Positions 55,501 through 64,000 of a DNA stretch of 64,000 bases are shown here, one piece after another (the first letter of the stretch is position 1; the number at the start of each line of letters is the position of its first letter). The notes beneath the pieces were generated by a model. The model did no database searches. It had not been told where the DNA came from and was given only the letters and a program-made list of their open reading frames with translations. Source of the stretch: a virus (Duplodnaviria > Caudoviricetes); IMG/VR virus record IMGVR_UViG_3300026549_000056, positions 1 through 64,000 of that record; one strand, given 5' to 3'. Position numbers and translations under genes: made by a program.

Positions 55501-57706
55501 CTTGTGCAGTATTGCCATAATTCTCACTTGCAGTAGAAGCATCATTGATAACTCCAATTAGGTTAAATAAATCACCTTGAACTGTTGCAATTTGAGCATC
55601 TGAAATCTGGCCTGTCGCGCTAACCTCAACTTTGATTTTTTGAATATCATTAAGCAAAGTCTGTAATGGAGCAAATTCCGCAGGATTAGCAAAATTCTTA
55701 GCTAAATCATTAGCAATATTATCTAATACAACAAAACGTTGGTTATTATCACCAGTATTAGAAATTTGATCTAAAGTAGTACGAATCAAGTCGAAAGACT
55801 TCTGAACTCTTTCAACATCAGCTTGCCATTTCTATGTTGCAGCTTCTGATTTTAATTCACCTTCATTAATACCAGATAATGCTTTAGCACAATTATCAAT
55901 TGTATTTAACTGTGCTCTTAACTCTTGAGCTTTTTGTGCTTCGGTACCAAGTTGTTTAAGCAACTCATTGTGATAATTTTGTTGCTCTTGAGTCATTAAA
56001 CGATAAACTGGCAAGGTCTACTGTTGCTGATCAACCATTGCTTTTACAGCTTCATTGTTCTGAATTCCCGCAGTGCCTGCTAGAGCCTTCGCAGTTGCTT
56101 GGGCCTGAGCAATAATATTTTTATCACTAAAAGTATTTTGAATATTCGTTGCAATATTACTAATCTAAGTAGCAATATTTTTACTAAAAACTCTGGTTAA
56201 AATAGCACCAAAACTAAGAAGCGCGTTACCGCCACCACCAATAGCATCAACTAATTGAGTAAATATATTTAAAAAATTGGTTCCTATATCAACCAATCCC
56301 TTAAAGCTATCTGTATCAGAAAACGCCTGGATGAATCCTTCTTGCGCAGCTGTTAATTCATTCAAATGAGCTTTTAATGAATCCATATAGATATCATTTT
56401 TCTCATTTAACTCATTATTAGCTGAAAGAGAAGTATTTAATTCTTTTGTATAAGTATTCCAGTTATCGAATAACGCAATTAAGTTATTCATCTGGCGCTG
56501 GCCAGCCATTGTCTGAGCAAGATAAATCTGTTGCTCTCTTGTCATTGACCCCCATTTTTCACCAATTTCGGTCATGACATCACCAGTATCTCTTAGTTCA
56601 CCATTAGCATCAAGAACATCAATGCCAAGCTTTGCCATCTTACCAGTGTAATTACCAAGAGAAACTTCTGCATCATCTGTACCAGCTTTAATATCATTAA
56701 TACGGGCATAGATAGTCTTTAAAGCATTACCAGTTGTCTCAGGAGCCTGCCTTGTTACCTGAGTAATTGTGGCAATCTGAGCAGCTAACTGGTCAATGGT
56801 AACGCCCATATTGTTAGCGATAGATGCAGACTTAGACATCGCAGTAGCCAATTCAGACATATCAGATGCAGATGTATCTGCCACAGCCGCTAACTTAGAA
56901 ACAGCCTACTCAGTGTCTTGAGCCTGAATCTTGAAGCCGTTCCACACAGCGGTAAGATCATTTGCCATATCCGCAACGTCTGCTCCAGTGATGTTGGCGG
57001 CTTTTAATGTCGCTTCAGTACGAGCTTCTCTATCTGATGCTCCTAAACCTTGCTGAGCAAATGTTAAATAAGCATTTGTATATTCTTTGGTTTGACGACC
57101 TAATGCGGCAGCTGCGCTATTTGCAGACTCAGCAAACTTATCCATCTGCTCTCTAGAATCACCAGTAACAACTCTAATATCTGTTAAAGACGCATCTAGA
57201 ACTTTTACATAATTATAAGCACTTTGAATTGCACTTGTAAAACCATTAATGACACTTGAAGAAATGTTCCACTTGACAGTATTAATAAGTGTTTCTCCCA
57301 TCTTGTCAAGAATGGTCTGAGTGTTTTTAAGAGTAGTGTTTGTAGTTAAAATTTCAGCTGATAGCTTCGTAAAAGCCCGCTGACCAACATCCCCTACCTG
57401 AGAAAAATCTTTATAGATTTGTTCAAGAGTAAGTCCAGAGTTAGCTAGTTCAGTATTAAACTTTGTAATATTAACAGTATTCAGCTTTGGGTTAAATGCT
57501 TTTGTTAAAGCTTCTTCAACCTTACCTGCCGTATTCTATATTTCTGTTAATCTTGCCCTAGCATCTGTTATAGACTTAGCATCTATAATACTGCTAGGCT
57601 TGGTTGCGTAAATCTGGTCGATAGCTTTTTTAAGGTCATTTAGTTCAGACTTATCAACATTAAATCCAACGCCAAAGTTGATTTGTCCACCATTTCCTTT
57701 AGCCAT
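49502..57706 (-). CDS. tape measure protein (2734 aa with TAG read-through)
   Basis: AAGGAGG RBS; twelve track ORFs all in frame with ATG 57706; TP901-type core (GNALKTIYARI, AGQRQ); C-terminal DTGGYTG...LAFLHQKELVLN. Confidence 0.9.
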
Positions 57707-57862
57707 ATAGACGCTAACCTCCTTTTATATCAGTTTTATGCGGCTGCCGCTCATCCGATCGGAGAACCAAACGCCGCAGATTTTAAGCATAAAAAAATTG
57801 TTCCATTCTACAAGAAATTGTAGAATGGAACAATTAGATTATCTTGCTTCGTCCAAACTCGA

Positions 57863-58447
57863 TTACTTCTCTGGAGTCGGCATCTGTACGACTTTACTAG
57901 GATTATTCATGCCAGTCTTATCAGCGATCTGAGCGAGTCTTCTAGCTTCCTCAAACTGCTCTGGCTTGATATTGTTTAAAATGTCTACGGCCTGGCTCAT
58001 CTGACTAGGTAGATCCTGGATGAAACTTCTAAGCACGGCCGCCGCGCTATTTCCATATACCAATCTGTTCTCTTTTGTCTTTTCCAAATACTCAAGTAGC
58101 TGACTGTACTCATCTTGATCCATGTTAGTAATAACAGCATCAATCAGACCAGAGCACTGAAGTTTATCATATAACTCAGACTCGTCCTCTTTCTGCTTGT
58201 CAGTGAATGAAATATTAGTATAAAGATAAATCAGATTCAGATTAAAATACATCTCCAAAGCTACATCATTATAGTTCCCATTCTGTTCTGCCTTTTGAAG
58301 AGCAACCTCAATAAGGTCATTCTTTTCAGAAATAGGAAGATACTTCAATACATCAATGCTGTACGTAGCTCCGTTATATTCAAAATCAAAGGTATTTACA
58401 TTTGTATCTACCTTAAGTTTCATACTTGCAAATGATACTTTTGTCAT
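57863..58447 (-). CDS. tail assembly chaperone-like protein
   Basis: lies between tail tube and tape measure genes. Confidence 0.55.
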   Translation of the reverse strand: MTKVSFASMKLKVDTNVNTFDFEYNGATYSIDVLKYLPISEKNDLIEVALQKAEQNGNYNDVALEMYFNLNLIYLYTNISFTDKQKEDESELYDKLQCSGLIDAVITNMDQDEYSQLLEYLEKTKENRLVYGNSAAAVLRSFIQDLPSQMSQAVDILNNIKPEQFEEARRLAQIADKTGMNNPSKVVQMPTPEK

Positions 58448-59789
58448 ATTTATTTCTCCTTTTGCCTCTTGAACTAATTATATTATATATAAAAATTCTA
58501 GGAATGTCAAATTGTAATTTTAACTTCGCTTGGGACCTATTCTAATGCTGCTCGTTCAACAATATTTCTTAAACCTTTTCTTCCGCTCATCTTAACAGGG
58601 TCTTTATACTGTTTCTTTAAAGACATCTATTTTAGTTCTTCCGCAGTTTTAATTTTATTATTAAGAATCTGAGTAGCTAGAGTAATCATTTGTCTAAAGC
58701 CAGGCAGGGAAGCATCTAAGGACTTTACTGCATAATCATATTCATCTGTTGATACATCAGATGTATATAGACCAGAGATACTATCAACATTTGCAACACC
58801 TTCTCGGATAAAATAATCCATATTTCTATTGTATAATTTTCCCAGAAACAACGTATTTGGATTCTATCCCTAACCGCCGCCGGTATAAAAGAAATAAGCA
58901 TAAGCTTCAGAGATATCGCCTTCTGCGCCACCAACAGTAAGCTTATACCAGATATCTTCAGTAGTTATTTTCCAGAATACGTGTGGTTTCCATTTTCTGT
59001 ACTCTTCCAAGGTTACATCATAGGCCTCATTTAATCCCTATAAAGACTCTGCTCCAATAATTGAATCTTTCCTAATAGCATTACTCAAGTTAGCTTTAAT
59101 TTTATCTACATCAAATTTTAAACGAGCAGATAATCTAGGCACTTTACCAGATGCAATATCAGATTTAATAGCAATACCAGTATCACCTTTAAACATTTCT
59201 TCAATTGGAATATCCATGATAATTGGCCCATCGCCTGAGTCTGGAATAGCAACACTAAGTCTGGTCTAGTGTCCAGTAATTACCTATAGAATACGACTAT
59301 TAAAAAGCATAGAAGCTTGATAAAAATCATCAAGTTGATACTACGATAGCTCCTTATACTGAATCTATTGCTTATACTACTGATAAGCCTAAACAATACT
59401 TGGATCTTTTTTATTTTTAGAATATCCAATAGCTTGTCTCTTTTGTTTTAGCAATTTGGCATTTTGTTCAATCTATTGAATTTGCTTTAAATTCTTTTGT
59501 ACAACTTTAATATAATCTAAAGCAATCTTTTTCAATAGCAAAGAGCAGTCATCACCGAGGGCTTTAAGCTATTCAGCACTCCTATCTCCTATAGCTTCAC
59601 TGATCCGCTATAAAGCCTCATCTGAGATATTTATGGAAAGCTTCGAAGCTGCCATAATAATAACCCCCTTATGTAAATCTAATAAAATTTATTTTATAAT
59701 ATAAATATAGAAAAAGTATACAAAAGCTTTCTTTGTAAGGCCGTTCCTGTTCGCGGGAATATGATTCCGAGCAGAGAAAGTGCAACAAT

Positions 59790-60134
59790 ATGTTTAATAA
59801 ACTTAGTAACTTTTTCTAGACTAACGATATATGTGATGAAAATGATATCATGTACATCGTTAAGACAAAAGGAACTCAGATCACAGAGTTCCATCTTACT
59901 GATGGCAGGACCATCACTAAATATATTTCTTTAAGAGATTGCAAAGCCGAATTGTCTTCAGATATATTTTATAATATCACCAAAGGTGTATTGATAAATA
60001 TCAATCATGTAAAATGTATCAATAGAAGAACTTACCACATGAAAGACGGCGAAGTCTTTGAAGGCAAGCTTAAAGGATATAAACTTCATCAATCTCTCAA
60101 AAAAAAAGTGCGGCGGCACTGTATGAAGATATAA
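59790..60134 (+). CDS. LytTR-domain DNA-binding protein (start extended across a TAG)
   Basis: FYNITKGVLININHVKCI resembles LytTR F.RIH.S.LVN..HV. Confidence 0.55.
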
Positions 60135-60247
60135 CCAGGCGGCCGCGCATACCAAAAAAAACGGGGAGATAGTTATACTACCTCCCCATAAAATTACTCT
60201 ATTAAAAATTAGCTGCCCTGTTTTTCTTCAGTCTCCAGCAGGAGTCT

Positions 60248-61321
60248 TTAGTCATTTACAACGTGGACTTTTTTACCTGCTTCGTCGACTTCATCCTTGA
60301 ACATACCTGCATTAGAAGCACCATCGAAGATATCGTTATAAACGCTCTCTTCATCATGCTCATGTCCCTCAGTATGAGGCATTACAGGCTCACCACGAGA
60401 AGCACTCTTTGTAGCATCCTCAACAATCTGAAGTACGCAAAGAACTTTCTTGGTCTTGTCAAAATATGTATAACCAGGGAATGCATCCATAGTAAACGTA
60501 AATGTACTAGGATCACCTGTGCCAGCCATTGTAATAGTAAAGTTAGACTGAATTTTAACATTCGGGAATGTTAAGTTAGCAGGCATATCTTTACCATCGC
60601 TCTGACGTCTGAACAGTGTATCAGCTTCAACATAATAGAAGCCAGCAAACATATCAGCAGTAAGATCAGCTTCATAAACCTGCTTGCCAGGAAGATCAAT
60701 ATAATAATCAACCATTACGTTTCTATTCTTAGCTTCAGTAAATCCGCTAATCACACTCTTGAATGTATATTGATCATTGTTAATAGAAGCCGTTCCATTA
60801 GCAACCTCTCCTTTGCTATCGGTGGACATATAAATCTTACCATTCAAAGAACCATCATCTTCGATACCCATAACATAAAGTGGAGCATCCTGTAAGCAGA
60901 TCTCAGCTTTACCTGTCTTAGCAGCTTCATCAACACCGAACTCAGCAAGAGCTTCAGTCAGGTCGATTGTACCATCTGCCTTAACAGTAGTCATGGTTGT
61001 CATGTGATAGTGAACCTTATCTGTTGAATCAGCAGCTTTTCTAAACAGACCTGCACCAGAAAGAATAGCAAAACCGATAGGTGAAAGAAGAGCATCCTCA
61101 ACTGTGAATGTTAAGGTCTTGTCACCTTCCCATGCGATCAGTCTTGGGTTGCCACGGCCGCCCTGTGCATATACTGAAGTAGTTGCTTGTTCAATAGAAG
61201 AGGTTGTTGCGGTATCAATATAAAGGACTGGCTGACCGACATGGAATGTGGTACTGCCAATCTGAGTTTCCTGCTTCGCGCGGAAAACGATATTTGCACA
61301 CTCGCGAATACCAAACTTCAT
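60248..61321 (-). CDS. major tail tube protein
   Basis: YAQGGRGNPRLIAWEG, GDPSTFTFTMDA; position; no TAG in 357 codons. Confidence 0.75.
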   Translation of the reverse strand: MKFGIRECANIVFRAKQETQIGSTTFHVGQPVLYIDTATTSSIEQATTSVYAQGGRGNPRLIAWEGDKTLTFTVEDALLSPIGFAILSGAGLFRKAADSTDKVHYHMTTMTTVKADGTIDLTEALAEFGVDEAAKTGKAEICLQDAPLYVMGIEDDGSLNGKIYMSTDSKGEVANGTASINNDQYTFKSVISGFTEAKNRNVMVDYYIDLPGKQVYEADLTADMFAGFYYVEADTLFRRQSDGKDMPANLTFPNVKIQSNFTITMAGTGDPSTFTFTMDAFPGYTYFDKTKKVLCVLQIVEDATKSASRGEPVMPHTEGHEHDEESVYNDIFDGASNAGMFKDEVDEAGKKVHVVND

Positions 61322-61340
61322 AGGTATTTTCCTCCTTAAA

Positions 61341-62108
61341 TTATTCTGAATCCGAATGAATATCTTTCATCCAGTTTTCAACTTCTTTGAGATCCTTAGC
61401 TCCAGCCATTTTTGCTTGAACATAGATATCTGATTCTTGCTTCAAGCAGAATCGCTAGAACTCATCAAATAATTGATAAACACTATATCCTAGTAAAGAA
61501 TTCATGTCTTTTTTTTCCCCTACAGCTAAAATTGAAATATATCGAGTTAAGATTGCTACTTTTTGTCCTTCTCCGCCCTGTTTCTTCATCTAAGCTAGCT
61601 TTTCATGATATTTTCTAAATTGCTATGCTAATCTTTCTGCTCTCTTGTCTCCTGGGTTATAATCTGTGCTGCTTTTAAAAAGACTCTTTAAGCAGAACAT
61701 CTGACTAAGAATACTCTGAAAAGCATCAAAATTTTCTTTAGTAATCTGGGATGCAGAAACACCTTTATCAGTTTGTTTTATCAGTATAATAGAATTAGGA
61801 GCAAAAGAAACTCGATAATCGGGGAACATAAGTAAAAGAACCATCTCTGCACAAGCTTTATTCTTTTGCACTACAGGATTAGGTTCCTTTATTATCGACA
61901 TTAATATATCAAAATTCGTTGCTTCACCTAAACGATTTTTGTCCTCAGAAGTTAGACTCTCTTTAGAAAGATTTAAGAACTGACACCCAATGAAAAATGA
62001 CTCTTCTCCAATGTATCCTATCTACTTTATTGAGGGCTGATGTACAACTAACTTGGCTTCTGTAAATGGTATGTCATTTTTTGACAATAGAAGTAAGTCA
62101 TTAAGCAT
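61341..62108 (-). CDS. conserved tail/neck protein (TAG read-through)
   Basis: continuous frame HQPSIK*IG...AKMAGAKDLKEVENW. Confidence 0.6.
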
Positions 62109-62724
62109 TTATTTTACCTAAATCCTCAGTAAAGTGAATCCCTCTATAAGAAAGAGTATACATTGAAATATCTTCGTTCAATACAGATAACTGACAACCT
62201 AAAAATTGATACTCACCAAAACCAGACATTTTAATATTATTTCCAGCAGAACCAAAATTAGCTTTATTCTTATTAGTACAGCTATTTAGTATTCCATCAA
62301 TATATCCACAAATCTTCAGCGGCCGCACCTGATAATCTTCTAGACACCATTCGTCCATATAACAAATGACATCAAAATTAATTGTGCAGTCCCTAAACTC
62401 TGGATTTTTACTTGGCGAGAAATTATCAAAAGATACAAGAATGTATGATCTGATATTATCAAACGTACCCCGTGCAATTTTTGGGTTCAGTCTTACATAC
62501 CCTTCATCTATCAATTGTCCTAGTGACTTATTGTCAACCATCTGTTGATATTCCTAATTACTTTTATCCAGACAATCTGGTTTATTAATAATCAAAAGCC
62601 TCTTTAGCATGTCACTATATGGGGCTGACTCAACAAATAATGACTTTAAAATCGTCTAAGTATCTTTTTCACATGATAGAAAAGAAGAATGTAAAGGCTA
62701 TAGCTTTATTAAATCTTTTCTCAT
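62101..62724 (-). CDS. tail-completion-like protein (TAG read-through)
   Basis: AAGGAG RBS; SSFLSCEKDT*TIL...RPLKICGYIDGIL. Confidence 0.6.
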
Positions 62725-62744
62725 GTTAACTCCTTTTATCTCAA

Positions 62745-63815
62745 TTATAGCGACTTAATTGTAATATGCTTAGTTATGTCGCCATACTTTATATCAAAAC
62801 CCTTTTTATAGGATTTACTTGTTTCCACATTTATAACAAGAGTATCTCCATCAATAGTATAAGAGATATATTTGTTCAAAGTTTCACCTGCGGCGGCCGC
62901 GGTCAGTTGTAACTTCCAGGTGCCGTCTGCCGCGTTCTTAACTACATATTTGATATTACGATCATATGGTGATAACACATCAGGACCTATAATAACCGCA
63001 TCTTGAGTTTGTTGTTCTTGTTTCATTTCTTTAATCTGCGTATCAGTATCAGTATAAGTCTCTTTTAAAGCTACTCTAATAATACCAGTATCTTTATTAC
63101 TTGAACTAGATCCATAATTATCATTAAAAGCCTGTACTTCCCAAGGCTGACCATTAATTTTAACTCTATCAAACCTCTTAAAGAATGCTTCTGTTGTCGA
63201 ATCTTTTGTAATATAAAGTTCTTTAGTATAATTTAGATCATTCCAAATTACGCCTTTCTTTACATTCCAAAATATACTAGTTTCATCTGGACCTGTTGTC
63301 CAACCATGATAAACCTGTTCAGTTTCAGTCCCATCATCTTCAACTTTAATAATAACAATCTAGTCATCAGCTTTACGAATCTAACCTCTAAAATAAGCTG
63401 TTTCTTCTGAATATTGTAGATAAACAATCCAATATGAATCTGGCGTCCATTCTGCTTTATTTCCATGTATCCACTTAAAAGTAGTCCCTGGAGTGAATCC
63501 AGTCTCTAACCAATCTTTATTGTCTTTAACGGGATCAATACTAACACTATTTTCCTCAAAAGGAATAGAGATTAATTTATCTTCATAATCAACTTTAAGT
63601 TTATCATGATTAATTAAACATCTGAAATATGGACTTGTCTGATTATTGCCCTAGCTTGCAATATATTTTTGTACAATTGCCGCCTGATAAGAATAATATA
63701 ACGCACCTTTCATGCTACGCAGTTTATCTTGCCTCATTCTAGTCCATTGATCGGCTGAACTAGCATCTCCTCGGAAGGCAACCCGAGCTTTCATTCTATC
63801 ATAGCTACTTGACAT
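62745..63815 (-). CDS. head-closure/adaptor-like protein (TAG read-through)
   Basis: single frame from ATG 63815 to TAA 62745 across TAGs. Confidence 0.6.
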
Positions 63816-64000
63816 TTTTATTCAAAAGATTTAGTAACCCAAGACACTCAAAGATAGTACGTCTATATTGTAAAAAATCTTCTTCTTGAGTTAGAGTAAA
63901 TAAACCTTCCAGCTTACAAAGAAGCGAAAAGAAAATTTCCTATTGTCCGATCAACAATTTGGACATCCCCTTTAACTCTTCCATTAATGTTTCAAGTGGC

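Noticed and set aside
35761-63815. Fragmented structural ORFs as pseudogenes or frameshifts
   Set aside because: Fragments stay in one frame and break only at TAG, so this is recoding rather than decay
1-64000. CRISPR array, rRNA, integrase or IS element
   Set aside because: No regularly spaced repeats, rRNA signatures, recombinase or transposase motifs were seen

Overview
This is a 64-kb segment of a large, AT-rich tailed phage (long tape measure, siphovirus-like tail module), most likely infecting gut or rumen Firmicutes (sigma-A-type promoters, AGGAG RBSs, HPr-like gene). Positions 1-23.3 kb (+) hold early/accessory genes, about 25 tRNA genes, a tmRNA, two tRNA-like RNAs with long anticodon-arm insertions, many structured spacers, a GC-richer imported gene block, an AAA ATPase, a split DUF2828/vWA gene and homing-endonuclease genes or remnants. 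Positions 23.5-64 kb (mostly -) hold tail fibre, baseplate, tape measure, tail tube and head-tail genes, plus a + strand RNA ligase/HPr island. The phage reads TAG as a sense codon: dozens of ORF-track fragments join in one frame across TAG, e.g. a 2734-aa tape measure. The most notable candidate system is that many TAG contexts look like Glu rather than the Gln known from code-15 phages. The only possible amber-suppressor in the window is a Glu-type tRNA body (C1-G72, A73) whose anticodon loop is interrupted by a 62-nt structured insert; removing the insert after C34 gives CUA. Other highlights are an internally deleted DGR (target, avd 5' end, RT 3' end), a family of ACAGCAA-motif RNAs near a Ro60-like vWA gene, H-type pseudoknots flanking tRNAs, systematic U33C tRNAs and strong over-representation of GCGGCCGC. 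Family assignments and homolog consensuses come from motif recognition and recall, not database searches.
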